Source: Eledone cirrhosa (lineage: Eukaryota). Taken from it: DNA of 64,000 bases. The translations under genes were made by a program, and so were the position numbers. The DNA lies in contig OZ024748.1 of the NCBI GenBank assembly GCA_964016885.1, positions 49,848,001-49,912,000 on the forward strand, given 5' to 3'. Below the pieces are notes generated by a model. That model made no database searches, was not told where the DNA came from, and saw only the letters and a list, made by a program, of their open reading frames with translations. Shown here piece after piece: positions 1-12,785 of the stretch (the stretch's first letter is position 1; each line of letters opens with the position of its first letter).

Positions 1-375
1 TGTAAAGTTTCAGTGTTAAAATTAAGTGTAGATTCTCGTTAAGATCAAACGAATTAGAAATGCTCATTGCAGACTCTTTATTTTATATTCTATGCCTTCT
101 TCTCTAGCTTTCATCTCTTAGTTTCTTTCATTTCTTCTACCTGCGTACATACCTTTCTACCTACCTAACCCCCTCCCTATCTACCTACCTACCTCTATTT
201 CTCCCTACCTACCACCCTACCTACCTCCCTCCTTACCTACCTACACATCTACCTAATTATCTATTTATCTATCTATCTGTCTATGCTTATATATTTCCTG
301 TTATTCTCTTCCATTCTCTACTTTGTTTATACACACATACACACCTTTACTCATATACATAAACATATATGTATG

Positions 376-440
<65 letters not shown>

Positions 441-726
441 GTATGCATGTATATATAAACCTTTGGTTGACCTACGAGGTATCGCGAAATTTGAAGCCGT
501 CACAATGCAGATAACTACAATAATCAATGATAACTATAAAACTACAAAGAATAGCCGAATAAATCGGGTAATTTAACCCGTGGAGACAGAAAAAAGTGGT
601 GAGTTACGCGTGTGTGGAATTTATATATCTAACTACAATTGTAACTGAAGTTTAGTTAAAGTATGAAGCAGGTTTCGCCTTCTTTGAAATACGGTACTTG
701 CCTCGTATGGGGTCAAGTTAATCAAC

Positions 727-760
<34 letters not shown>

Positions 761-814
761 AAGAAAACGGTATATATCATTTGAGAAATACATAGTAGTT
801 TGTACACATATATA

Positions 815-1320
815 GGGCAAACTATGAGTAGGAAAATATACAAACTTAAAGGTGGCAATAATTATATATATCCTCATACGGCCGATTCATAAATCCAAAA
901 ATTACGCATCGGTACCTTACATAGTATATAACTTCTCTAAATTTTATTACATTTTTTGAGTTGCATTAATGGGGGCAGGTTAGGGTTAGGGTCCTTTAGC
1001 ATTTACAACGTCTTATTCTCTTTATATCTGTCCTGCCTGTTAAATATTGTTTTGACACCATGTGGAGGTGATTTATAATTCTTCCTCTGGACAGATATAT
1101 AGTATTTTGTACAGTGTGAGACATGTACTAAAACAACCCCCACTGATGCGTAAATTCTGGTCTTTGATCGTTTACCAAAATCGATAGTTGGTAATCGATT
1201 ATCAATTACTTAGATCGATGGTTTGCTTCGTTCTTTGGATTTATAAAACGGCCATATGAGGAGGTACAGAATTATTGGCACCTGTATATTTCTCTACATA
1301 TTGTTTATTCTATACATGTG
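815..1320. mobile_element. Old PLE-like cassette with diverged inverted termini, between (TA)n tracts
   Basis: cctcatacggccgattcataaatccaaa (~872-899) is a diverged reverse complement of tttggatttataaaacggccatatgagg (~1234-1261), and the similarity extends outward. A degenerate hammerhead-like core lies at 1143-1186. Confidence 0.5.
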
Positions 1321-1477
1321 TACGATTTATATATATATATATATGTGTTTGTATATATATATATATATATATATAAAAAGGATCGATCGACTTTCGTCAA
1401 ATCGGACCGAGGAAACAATGTTTCCGTTGGTCTTTCCAATTGCTAATACTATCTATCGGTCGCAACTCCAGGTAGAA

Positions 1478-1570
1478 GGAGCAACGTGAAATAAAGTGTC
1501 TTGCTCAAGGACATAACGCATCGCCTGGTCCAAGAATCGAACTCACAACCTCACCATTGCGACTCCAATT
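1478..1570 (-). mobile_element. CORE-type tRNA-SINE fragment
   Basis: ggagcaacgtgaaataaagtgtcttgctcaaggac...aatcgaactcacaacc matches the SINEs at 13015 and 28670. Confidence 0.7.
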
Positions 1571-1609
1571 CATATATATATATATAATATATAGCTTTAA
1601 AGGTAAAGA

Positions 1610-1795
1610 ATGGTAGAACACACAAGAGAACGTAGAAGACAAAGAAGGAAAGTTTGGCAGCTATTTATTGTAAACTTTTCGAATCAAACGATAACGATTT
1701 CAAATCCATTATGTCGGGTTGATTTTCGCTAAGGCTTTATTTTCTAACTTTCCTACTTTGTTTTCTACGTTCTCTTGTTTCTCTTGTGTGTTCTA

Positions 1796-1799
<4 letters not shown>
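1610..1799. repeat. Inverted-repeat cassette between (TA)n tracts
   Basis: atggtagaacacacaagagaacgtagaagacaaagaaggaaagtt at the left end is mirrored by aactttcctactttgttttctacgttctcttg...tgtgttctaccat at the right end. Confidence 0.7.
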
Positions 1800-1831
<32 letters not shown>

Positions 1832-1912
1832 ATATGTAAGTATGCATACGTGCACACATATATATATATACACATATATATGTACGTATGGATTATATCG
1901 AATATTAATAAT

Positions 1913-2080
1913 GGTTCCTTATATAGGCACAAGGTCAGCAATTTTGGGAGAGGGGGGAAAGTCTATTAAATCGACCCCAGTGCGTTAACCTCGGCGGGAT
2001 TTGAACACAGATCACAAAGGGCCGTAACTCTATGCTGCAAAGCATGGCGTCCGAACTTCTACCGATACTACCAATCCACT
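1913..2080 (-). mobile_element. tRNA-derived SINE (family A), internally deleted, with TSD
   Basis: Reverse-complement SINE head and B box. The direct repeat tatcgaatattaataat flanks it at ~1896-1912 and ~2090-2106. Confidence 0.85.
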
Positions 2081-2089
2081 ACCCTTACG

Positions 2090-2395
2090 TATCGAATATT
2101 AATAATAATATTCGATTCGTTTGTAAACTAACGTCCCGATTAAAGCTGTGCCGTGTCGATAACAAATCGTCACCTGTTTGTTCAACACTGGCATTGAGAA
2201 ACAATCAACATGTTTCTCGGCCATTAACATTCATCAGGACTGTATACCTCTGCTAATCTGTTGAACGGTTGAAACAATATAGTATTTTCGTAAGTACATA
2301 TCGGCTGAGTAGCCTCATTTGCATACCTAGCGAATTACGGCTGACCGTGTCCAAAACTAAAAATAAAATTAGAATTTTATTTCTCGCTCTAGTTG
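2090..2395 (-). mobile_element. Repeat family with hammerhead-like motif (second copy ~33590-33960)
   Basis: Two diverged ~250-bp copies. Minus strand reads ctgatga-atgttaatggccga-gaaacatgtt here and ctaatga-a-gggt-aatg-accc-a-gaaatatgtt in the second copy. Both keep ctcatttgcata. Confidence 0.65.
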
Positions 2396-2408
2396 TTTTT
2401 TCATATAT

Positions 2409-2451
<43 letters not shown>

Positions 2452-2552
2452 TTATTTTTAATTTCATTTGCACCGTTTCCTCTCACCCCCTTTTTGCTAT
2501 ATGTCTCTCCACCACTCCCCTACACACCCTTTGAACTCTCTTCCCACACACT

Positions 2553-2590
2553 TTTCACCTGAAGAAGGGCTTATGCCCGAAACGTCGTTT
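2553..2590 (+). ncRNA. Minimal type-I hammerhead ribozyme motif
   Basis: CTGAAGA-a-GGGC-ttat-GCCC-GAAA-CG-TC: canonical core, 4-bp stem II, palindromic ACGT stem III and a GUC triplet. Stem I is weak. Confidence 0.7.
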
Positions 2591-2680
2591 CCCACCACCA
2601 CCCCACTCTCAAGAGCGTGAAATTAATAAACATTTGTTTGTACTGCCTCTCTGTTTTGTTCCCATTCAATTTTTCATTAT

Positions 2681-2727
<47 letters not shown>

Positions 2728-2730
<3 letters not shown>

Positions 2731-2813
2731 ATAATAACAAATTTGAAGACTAAAATCCAAAGAGGGCTCGATAAAGATAAATATTCTTTGCTTAAACTTT
2801 ACTCTGTTATTTT

Positions 2814-2815
<2 letters not shown>
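2728..2815. mobile_element. Remnant of the (TA)n-anchored gaagactaaaatccaaagagggctcgataag family
   Basis: The same sequence occurs at 12782-12985, 26071-26180, 29716-30290, ~56270-56330 and 62463-62622. Confidence 0.8.
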
Positions 2816-2846
<31 letters not shown>

Positions 2847-2994
2847 GTTGAGAGAGAGAGAGAGATTGAGAGAGAGAGAGAGAGAGAGAGAGAAAGAAAA
2901 AGAGAGAAAAAGAAATAGGGGCGGTGAGGAGGGAACGAAAGATACTTAAAACGAGAGTGCGTGTGAGTCAATGTACAGGAGCGTATAAATGAGG

Positions 2995-3270
2995 TAGTTT
3001 CTGTAGAGGAGAAATAGGGACGTTCTTCTAGGTTTCAGTAGATTTGGTGAAACATCAGCTCTCTGAAGGTACATTGTACTCAGTGTAATCCTGGATCTCT
3101 GTGAGTCGTTGATAGCCCTTAGTATGCTCTTCCTCTACTATGGGGTTTCATCTAATTCCCTATATACTATATGTCTGTTTTTCCTATTGGATTCTTTGTG
3201 AAGTAATTCAATCTTTTCGCAATTTTCCTTCGTAATGACCCCACATCCGCTGCCCTGGCAGCAAATATGG
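2995..3270 (-). mobile_element. Possible decayed PLE GIY-YIG C-terminal fragment
   Basis: The minus-strand peptide ITKENCEKIELLHKESNRKNRHIV resembles GIY-YIG C-terminal helices. It is heavily degenerate. Confidence 0.3.
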
Positions 3271-3429
3271 AAACAGTTATTGTCGTTATTATTATTGTTT
3301 TTATTTTCTTTCATTATTGTTTCTGAGATATATGCCGAGTGTCTTCCTGACACCTAGAATAAACAAATTCGCAGTGTGCATTGGTAAGCCAGTTAATATA
3401 GCACATTGATTATAATGAAAAAAAAAAAA

Positions 3430-3510
<81 letters not shown>
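3430..3510. repeat. (ATT)n microsatellite
   Basis: Direct reading. Confidence 0.99.
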
Positions 3511-3512
<2 letters not shown>

Positions 3513-3920
3513 AGTTTCACCTGGAAAGGAAGGTGAGGGTGGAGAGAGAAGTGCTGCCTCCCAGTACATTTGCTAAAAGGTGGATGAATGTGGCAAGAAT
3601 GGCCCGTGTGAATGGGCCTACACTGACCATGCGCCTATAGGATAGCTAAATTAAGGAGAGAGGTGCTCTCCCTGGGTGCCCTAGAAGCGCAGGGTGGTTC
3701 ACGATTGGTGGGGTACCTAAGTCACCCCAGGGTCGTCCACCCCCTATCGGGGAATTTATTTTGTTATATTTATGCATAGTTTATTTTATATTTTTTATAT
3801 CTTCATTGTTAAATTAGTCTTGCCTTTGTGCACTTTTACTCGACCTTATTGTAACCCCCCACTGTCCCTGTCTTTGTATTGTCCCCTACATATCGGCCCT
3901 TGTGGCTAATAAATGAAATC
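3509..3920 (+). mobile_element. 3' end of a non-LTR retrotransposon (Tx1/L1-like) inserted in (ATT)n
   Basis: Short terminal ORF FKFHLERKVRVEREVLPPSTFAKRWMNVARMARVNGPTLTMRL*, a 3' UTR ending in aataaa, and (ATT)n on both sides. The clade assignment is by resemblance only. Confidence 0.5.
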
Positions 3921-3942
3921 ATTATTATTATTATTATTATTA

Positions 3943-4118
3943 TGGCAGTATCGGTAGAGGGTTGGATGCCATGCTTTCTAGCATAGTTACGTCCCTTTAC
4001 AGTCTGAGTTCAAATCCCGCCGAAGTTAACTTTGCCTTTCATCCTTACGGGGTCGATAAAATAAAGTACCAGTAATATACTGGGTAATTGCAGCCTTGTG
4101 CCTAAAGTAGAAACAATT
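3943..4118 (+). mobile_element. tRNA-derived SINE family A
   Basis: A box tggcagtatcgg, B box gttcaaatcc, central ctttgcctttcatccttacggggtcgataaaataaagtaccag (resembles the Meta-SINE domain), and tail ccttgtgcctaaagtagaaac(att)n. Confidence 0.9.
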
Positions 4119-4130
4119 ATTATTATTATT

Positions 4131-4506
4131 GTTCTTTGAGTCTCAGTCATTGATGTTAGTTAACTGGAAAGTTTGTTGAAATGAATATCAAGCCACTACC
4201 TGCAGCCTAAGATATTCAGGACGTATCGGAGGGTTCTTGCTGTTCCCAGCAAGCATGCTTTTGAAGCGTTCCGAAAAGCGTGGCGGGGCCAATTTTCTTT
4301 AACCATCCTTGGAAACTTTTTGAGATAGTACCTAGTGTGCCTATGACAATCGGGACCACTTTGACCTCATGGCAGTTCCAAATCCTTTTTACCTCCCACT
4401 TTAAGCCCTGGTATCGGTTAATTTTCTCCCTCTCCTTCTCTTGCACTCTCGTGTCGAATGGGCAGGCCACATCCACAATCAGGCACGATCTTTTTTCTTT
4501 GTCCAC
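4131..4506 (-). mobile_element. 5'-truncated R4/Dong-clade LINE (RLE C-terminus plus 3' UTR) in (TAA)n
   Basis: KRSCLIVDVACPFDTRVQEKEREKINRYQGLKWEVKRIWNCHEVKVVPIVIGTLG is a typical R4/Dong restriction-like endonuclease end. It is flanked by (TAA)n, the known Dong target. Confidence 0.85.
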
Positions 4507-4535
4507 TATTATTATTATTATTATTGTTATTGTTA

Positions 4536-4686
4536 TTCCTTGAATCTCAGTCATTGATGTTGGTTAACTGGAAAGTCCGTTGGATTGAATATCAAGCCAC
4601 TACCTGCAGCCTCAGATATTCAGGACGTATCGGAGGGTTCTTGCCGTTCCAAGCAAGCATGCCTTTTGAAGCGTTCCAAAAAGCGT

Positions 4687-4687
<1 letters not shown>
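4536..4687 (-). mobile_element. Second, shorter Dong 3' end in the same (TAA)n tract
   Basis: Diverged copy of 4131-4280. Confidence 0.85.
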
Positions 4688-4747
<60 letters not shown>

Positions 4748-4956
4748 AGCTGCATTTATCTTGCTTTATGTTCATACGAGTTATCACCAAGTCACAACCA
4801 GTGACCCCAAGAGACAACAAGGTCCGCCATGTTCAAGAAAGAACATACATACTCACACATGCATCTTTAGTGTTTAGACTTGTGATGTACTTATATTGAC
4901 AGAATCTTCCTTAGTATATGGGCAGTTCTTATTAGTACTATCTTTTGTATTTCTCC

Positions 4957-5028
<72 letters not shown>

Positions 5029-5319
5029 CTTTATTTTCATTTTTGGTATTATTTTTATTATCTTTTGACAAATGCTAGAAATTTAGGAAAAGATAACGCC
5101 AACAACAACAAAAACGAACGCAAGATGCCCAAAACTAATAATAATAATAGAAAAAAAAAACGCAACAACAGTGAGAAACAAAGGAAGAGTTTTGTCTTTA
5201 CCTAAAACTACAATTGTGCATTAATGAAGCTGTCATATTTAATTTCATTACAAACTTTCAACAAACGAACCACTACAATAATAATGCTTCGCTGTCCTCC
5301 CCAATGACGAGGATGTTGG

Positions 5320-5357
<38 letters not shown>

Positions 5358-5639
5358 GCGATGAAGAAGGTGATGATGATGATGATGATGTGGATGGTAA
5401 GGATTATGACTAGGATGATGAGGCTGATGAGGATGATGAAGAGGATGAGGTTGTTATTATGTTTGGGTTTGTTTTGCTACTGACACAAACTAACAAAGAC
5501 ATCTACAGAACAAATATTTATAAGATAAACATGCGTTATGAGAGAATGAAGAGCCTCATGTAATCTTACACACGTCACCATCTCGTTTACCGTTGTACGT
5601 AGTGAGGCAACAGCTACTTGAAGGAAAGTCATTTCGAAT

Positions 5640-6710
5640 TACAACACACACAGACACACACATACACACACACACACACTCTCACACACATACGCACACA
5701 CAGACATACACATACACACACAGACACACACATATACACACACACTCACACACACATACACACACACAGACATACAGATACACACACACACACACTCTCA
5801 CACACATACGCACACACAGACATACACATACACACACAGACACACACACATACACACACACTCACACAGACACACACAGACACACACATATACACACACT
5901 CTCACACACATACGCACACACAGACACACACATATACACACACTCTCACACACATACGCACACACAGACATACACATACACACACATACACACACATATA
6001 CACACACACTCACTCACACATATACACACACACAGACACACACAGACACACACACACACAGACACACACACACACACACACACACACAAGCACATACATA
6101 CTGTCTCTCGCCTCTCTCTCTCTCTCTCACACACACACTTACAGACACATACAGACACCCAAAACACACACACATACAGACACATGCCACAAACATACAA
6201 AAGCACACACTCACAAACACAAAAAGTACACGCACACAGAAACATGTCACTCACACACTCACACACACACAAACGCATACCACAAGCATGCACATCCACT
6301 AATTTAAAAAAAACGTAAAAATTCCATTGATTACAGACACATACACATATACACACATACACACATACACACATACACACATACACACATACGCACATAC
6401 ATACGCACATACATACGCACATGCATACATACATACATACATACATACATACATACACACATACATACACACATACATACATACACACATACATACATAC
6501 AAATACACATACATACTCACATACACACATACACACATACATACGCACATACATACATACATACATACATACATACATACATACATACATACATACATAC
6601 ACACACACATACATACATACACACATACATACATACATACATACAAATACACATACATACTCACATACACACATACACACATACACACATACACATACAC
6701 ACATACATTC
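5640..6710. repeat. Compound (CA)n/(CATA)n low-complexity tract
   Basis: Direct reading. Confidence 0.95.
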
Positions 6711-8120
6711 AAATATAAAGCAAAGATTTGGCATAGTTGTTAGAGCACTAGGTATTTATATCGGGTCTCGGCGCGAATCCATCTGAGATCAAGGTTTGCC
6801 TTTCAGGCTCGATAAAGAAAGAAAAGGCACAGTGCTGATGCACCACTTTTTTGTCTCCTGCTTTCATCACATCATGGATCTTCAACTGAATCAAAGGAGG
6901 TACCCCGGGGAAGGTGTCTGTCTGCTCTCACCTGCATAGACACACAAAAAAATTAGCGAAATCATAGTACATACTACCAAGTCGTACTCAACATACTCAC
7001 TTGAGAGTGTCAACAGTAGTAGATTTTAAATATGAGGAAATAATAGACAAAAATATACCTATTTTCCCTTCAAAGTTCCGACTGCAATTTCGCTGATCTG
7101 TATACACTGATTTATGCACTATGAAAATGTATCCTCGCTATGAGGTTGATACGGGTTATGAAGAGACCTCTCAAAAAAAGGACTGTTTCTTGACACTTTA
7201 GTAGCAAGTGAGAAATTTAAGGAGGCGGAGAGAGGAATTGACACGTGATACAGTGGTAAAAAAAGGGACTGTTTCTTTAGTAGCAAATTCTGGAGAGGCG
7301 GAGGGAGAAATTAACACGTGATACAATGGTCACAGAAGGGTAGTAAAGGTGGACAGTGAGCGAGTAAGGTATTTGCTAGAAAAAGCCTTTAGTACACGCC
7401 TGGTTAACTCAACCATAGGGAAGTTTGGGACAATATAATAATGAAATGCACACACACATTCATATGTATATGTATATGTGTGTGTGTGGTGTCCGCCTTA
7501 CCAAGTTTTGCTCGATGACCGAAAAAGATAAAATAATCAAAATAACTAAAATAACTCAATAATCAGAGCTATTTATCAAATTATAAATATGAGGAAATAA
7601 TAGACAAAAATATACCTCACAAACATATCATATGAATATGTGTGTGTATTTCCTTATATATACTTCTGGTGGTTTTCTGCTGGCGTGTGTAATGTGCATA
7701 TTGATATTATATGCAAATATATATGCATGTAGATATGATACCTCAAATAAAATCGTAATTGACAATATACACAGAAATTGAAGAGAGACTGTGTTACATT
7801 GTTTTTTGTAATCAGTAAAGTAATCCATGTTACATTTAAAAAAGACGATATTATATATAAACTACATCAACATTTTATGAAAACAGAAAAGGAGAAAATT
7901 AGTGACGGAAATATAAGCGACGTGATATAACGTCCATTATATCATAACCAGAAGTATTGACATTTGAAAATTTAAAAAGAAGTGAATCTTGAAATAAGCA
8001 ATAAAATTATTTATATTTAATCAAGAGTTACAAAATTTAGTACATAAATTATCTAATATTCATTCATTATTTATTCAAATCTAATATTCATTCATTATTT
8101 ATTCAAATTGGTTATTCAAA

Positions 8121-8512
8121 GGGCGGTGGATTGGCAGTATCGGTAGAGGGTCGGACGCCATGCTTTCCAGCATAGTTACGTCCCTTTACGATCTGAGTTC
8201 AAATCCCGCCGAGGTTGACTTTGCCTTTCATCCTTACGGGGTCGATAAAATAAAGTACCAGTAATGCACTGGATAATTGCTGGCCTTGTGCCTAAAGTAG
8301 AAACAATTATTTATTCAAATTGAGGACGGTGGATTGGCAGTATCGGTAGAGGGTCGGAGGCCATGCTTTGACGCATAGAGTTACGGCCCTTTCCAATCTG
8401 TGTTCAAATTCCGCGAGGTTAACTTTGCCTTTCATCCTTACGAGGTCGATAAAACAAAGTACCAGTAATACACTGGGTAATTGCTGACCTTGTGCCAAAA
8501 GTAGAAACAATT
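8121..8512 (+). mobile_element. Two tandem SINE family A copies
   Basis: Copies at 8121-8308 and 8324-8512, separated and flanked by ttatttattcaaa. Confidence 0.9.
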
Positions 8513-8619
8513 ATTTATTCAAAGTAATCCAACTTATTTTACAAACGAGGTAAAAAATATATATTCAGGACGTAGTTCAGCACTCCTCCCTTCACTAAAT
8601 TATGATATATATTTATATA

Positions 8620-8706
8620 TACAAGTTGTCCCAAATAGGTATACACATCTCAACACTTCAACAGCATTCTAATGAATATATGTATATATTTTGGGGGACA
8701 CTGTAT
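8620..8706. mobile_element. Tiny Tc1/mariner-type MITE
   Basis: Imperfect TIRs (caagttgtcccaaataggtatacaca vs reverse complement cagtgtcccccaaaatatatacata) with TA flanks. Confidence 0.5.
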
Positions 8707-8708
8707 AT

Positions 8709-8802
8709 AACGTCGTCCCCCACCTACCCTACACTCTCCTGAGCGTGAATTTAATAAACATTTATCGTACTGCCTCTCTGTTCTGTCCCTGTTCAATTTT
8801 TC

Positions 8803-8808
<6 letters not shown>
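8709..8808 (+). mobile_element. 5'-truncated copy of the 2553 hammerhead cassette
   Basis: aacgtcg...actctc..gagcgtgaa..taataaacattt...tactgcctctctg...tttttcattat followed by (TA)n matches 2581-2682. Confidence 0.75.
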
Positions 8809-8847
<39 letters not shown>

Positions 8848-8966
8848 TTCCACCAAACGTGAACCTAATATAACTGTGCACAATTGTCTCTTGTGTATTG
8901 TTTTATTCATTTTCAACTACACACACACACACACCCATATATATATATATATGTATATGTATATGT

Positions 8967-9010
<44 letters not shown>

Positions 9011-9015
<5 letters not shown>

Positions 9016-9170
9016 AACGAGTGGGACCCCGACGGCTGAGCTGAAGCCGTTCCGACGGCTAATTCTGGACTGAATTAGTCCCACTCGTTCCTATTACCCA
9101 CTCTACTACCCTAAGTATTGAGTACTTTGGTGCGTTATGGTCCACCTGGTTCCTTACCACATTTCCTTCG

Positions 9171-9172
<2 letters not shown>
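9011..9172. mobile_element. (TA)n-anchored fold-back cassette (gacggctgagc family)
   Basis: Arms ataggaacgagtgggac / gtcccactcgttcctat plus a one-sided tail. Relatives at 12617-12730, 22294-22372, 30402-30601 and 62211-62367. Confidence 0.8.
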
Positions 9173-9216
<44 letters not shown>

Positions 9217-9221
9217 ACACA

Positions 9222-9714
9222 CAGAGTGACGCTCAAAAAAGTAATACGGGTTTCATGGTATAGTGTAAATACAGAAATACATTTTACACATTCGTTTGCA
9301 AGTCGTATTGAGTTATTTTAACTTGCTTGTAGCTACAGAACAAAGATGGCGCACTAGTCGAATGTTTGCTACGTTCTCTTCACCGTATCCTCACAACATT
9401 AGCTTTTTATGCAAGATGACTATTCAATAGCGGAGAATGGAGATTGTGGAAACGTATTGGAGAGCAGGTTGGTAAGCAAATGCATGACATTTTTGAAGTG
9501 AAGTATCCGTGTATAAGTTTACCGGCAAAGAGAACAATACAGATGTTGGTTAAGACGTAGCACCACAGGGTCAGTATACAACGTCCTAAACGAAAGACAC
9601 CCTACAGTTCGAACGCCAGAAGGTATTCAGGACATTCGTCAAAGGATTACTGGAAGTCCAAATAAGTCAACACTACATTGCGGAACCCGGGCTACATTTT
9701 GGTGCGCCACTCTG
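9222..9714 (+). mobile_element. Internally deleted Tc1/mariner-superfamily (maT/DD37D-like) transposon
   Basis: ~28-bp TIRs (cagagtgacgctcaaaaaagtaatacggg vs reverse complement cagagtggcgcaccaaaatgtagcccggg). Decayed N-terminal HTH: ...PAKRTIQMLVK..TGSV...PTVRTPEGIQDIRQRITGSPNKST. Confidence 0.7.
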
Positions 9715-9736
9715 TATATATATATATATATATATA

Positions 9737-10157
9737 TACGATATTAAACAAATGGAAACTATATTTATAAAACCATATTTTTTTCATTATACATATTTCA
9801 GGGATACCATATTAAAAATATGGCATGCCTTCGTCAGATAAAATACAATATATAACCAGTTTTATAAATAATTTTGACGTACCATAAATATAGCGATCAT
9901 TAGATAGGAGGCTGGCTATATTTATGGTACGTCAAAATTATTTATAAAACTGGTTATATATTGTATTTTATCTGACGAAGGCATGCCATATTTTTAATAT
10001 GGTATCCCTGAAATATGTATAATGAAATAAATATGGTTTTATAAATATAGTTTCCATTTGTTTAATATCGTATATCTACTCCAAAAACTTGTCGAGTGCT
10101 TTATATCAGTTATAAAATATTTACTTGTTGTAACCCAACAATTTTAAATAAAACTTT

Positions 10158-10161
<4 letters not shown>
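9737..10161. mobile_element. PLE-like fold-back cassette with ~158-bp arms, hammerhead motif and tail
   Basis: 9737-9894 is a near-perfect reverse complement of 9915-10072. CTGACGA-agg-c-atgccatatt-ttt-aatatggtat-c-cct-GAAA at 9972-10013. (TA)n on both sides. Confidence 0.85.
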
Positions 10162-10243
<82 letters not shown>

Positions 10244-10481
10244 TGACTACAACTAAATTGCTCCACTTCTTTGTGGTGACATGATAGAACCTTTCCATCT
10301 CACAGGATCAAGTATTGACAGCCTCAGATCTACCCCAGATACATTTGCATCTCAATGAGTCACTTCAATATCTTGAGAGGTTTTCCGCGTTTATGTTTCA
10401 CACATATATATATATTTGCTCCCTCTCTGCCTCTCTCTCTCTCTCACTATCTCTCTCTCTCCCTCTTTCTCTCTCTCTCTC

Positions 10482-10679
<198 letters not shown>

Positions 10680-10825
10680 CATACTTACATATGTATATAT
10701 GTATATATATAAATAAACATATCTTAGTGATATATATGAATAAGTACATACATATCATATATAATTTGTGGGGAAAGAATGATAAAGAGTAAGAAAGAGA
10801 GAGAGAGAGAGCGAGGGGGGGGGGG

Positions 10826-10876
<51 letters not shown>

Positions 10877-11179
10877 GGAAAGAGGGAGAGCAAGATAGAC
10901 AGGTTGACTGAGAGAGGGTATGAAAGAGGGAATGAGTCCATTTAAGCAGACAGAATTCTTATAGCATAATAAGGGCTTGTGTAAGATATTCAGGGTCCTT
11001 GTGACCTTGTAAAATGAATAGCCCCTAAATGATGGCTTAATGAAGCTGGTGAAGCTGTTATGATGTTATTATGAACAGATGTTACACAATAATCACCTGA
11101 TGACATTGCTGAATACTGTCCGTACATGTCAATTAATTTTCATTGAAATTAAGTCAGTACCGGATTTATTCCGTGGCTT

Positions 11180-11369
11180 ATGTATGTATGTATGTATGTA
11201 TGTATGTATGTATGTATGTATGTATGTATGTATGTATGTATGTATGTATGTTGTGTGTGTATGTATGTGTGTGTGTGTGTGTGTGTGCGTGTATGTATGT
11301 ATGTGTGTATGTATGTGTGTATGTGTGTATGTATGTTTGTGTGTATGTATGTATGTATGTATGTGTGTA

Positions 11370-11400
<31 letters not shown>

Positions 11401-11495
11401 ATGTATGTATGTTTGTGTGTATGTATGTATGTATGTATGTATGTATGTATGTATGTATGTATGTGTGTGTGTATGTATGTATGTATGTATGTATG

Positions 11496-11526
<31 letters not shown>

Positions 11527-11623
11527 GTATATATGTATGTACATATATGTATATATATATGTATGCACATATATGTATATATATATGTATGTACATATAT
11601 GTATATATATATATATGTGCGTC

Positions 11624-11665
<42 letters not shown>

Positions 11666-11666
11666 G

Positions 11667-11710
<44 letters not shown>
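11180..11710. repeat. (TATG)n/(TG)n/(TA)n compound microsatellite
   Basis: Direct reading. Confidence 0.95.
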
Positions 11711-11711
<1 letters not shown>

Positions 11712-11733
11712 CAATATTATTTATATATATATA

Positions 11734-11913
11734 GGGCGGTGGATTGGCAGTATCGGTCGAGGGTCGGACGCCATGCTTTGACGCATGGAGTTACGGCCCT
11801 TGCCATTCTGAGTTCAAATCCCGCCGAGGTTAACTTTGCCTTTCATCTTTATGGGGGTCGATAAAATAAAGTACTATAAATAATTGCTGACCTTGTGCCA
11901 AAAGTAGAAACAA

Positions 11914-11915
<2 letters not shown>
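11734..11915 (+). mobile_element. SINE family A
   Basis: A and B boxes and tail present, with attatttatatat on both sides. Confidence 0.9.
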
Positions 11916-11962
<47 letters not shown>

Positions 11963-12578
11963 AATATGTGCGTGTATATATATATATGCATATATTTGTA
12001 TATATATATATATACATGCATATGCATATATATTTATACATATATATATATATTTATTTATGTATATATAAGATTAAACTTATACGTACACATACACACA
12101 TACACACACACATATATATATATATATATGTATGAATGCATGTATTTATGTATATATGTATCTGTGGGTTTATGTACGTGTTTATTAATAAAAAATGCGT
12201 TATACTGCAATTAAGTATAGACGTCATTTCTTCCATACTCTCAAGGACAGACGATTTATCACCGCGGCTTGTTTTTCACTTCTACTCTCTTACTTATGCA
12301 CATACAAATTTACATTAGCCAATTGGCCCAAGGCAATACTTCTATAAAAACCCACAGACTTATACACCCGCATGCACAGAGACACTCATGCATTCAGATA
12401 TACATGCTCACACATACATATATGGTTTTGTGGCTGAATTAATTTACAGATAGACAGATCTGAATATATATATATATTTATATATATTTATATTTTCATA
12501 TATATATATGCATATAGATATATGGGAGTGTGTGTATGAATGTATATAAACATGTATATAGATAAGAATATGCACATG

Positions 12579-12616
<38 letters not shown>

Positions 12617-12620
<4 letters not shown>

Positions 12621-12726
12621 AACAAGTAAGACCCCGACGGCTGAGCTCAAGCCGTTTCGTCGGCTAATTCTGTATTGAGTACTTTGGTGCGTTATGGTCC
12701 ACCTGGTTCCTTACCACATTTCCTTC

Positions 12727-12730
<4 letters not shown>
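12617..12730. mobile_element. Deleted copy of the gacggctgagc fold-back family
   Basis: Left arm fused to the tail gtattgagtactttggtgcgttatggtccacc, between (TA)n tracts. Confidence 0.8.

Positions 12731-12781
<51 letters not shown>

Positions 12782-12785
<4 letters not shown>

Noticed and set aside
2313-2325. Octamer ATTTGCAT as an snRNA distal element
   Set aside because: It lies within a dispersed repeat family, with no snRNA sequence or PSE recognisable nearby.
6855-6950. Possible minus-strand exon after tgtgtgtctatgcag
   Set aside because: All frames stop within 20 codons, with no recognisable peptide or partner exon.
8121-8210. tRNA gene-like A/B boxes
   Set aside because: These are SINE heads: the spacing is extended, there is no cloverleaf, and the SINE body and tail follow.
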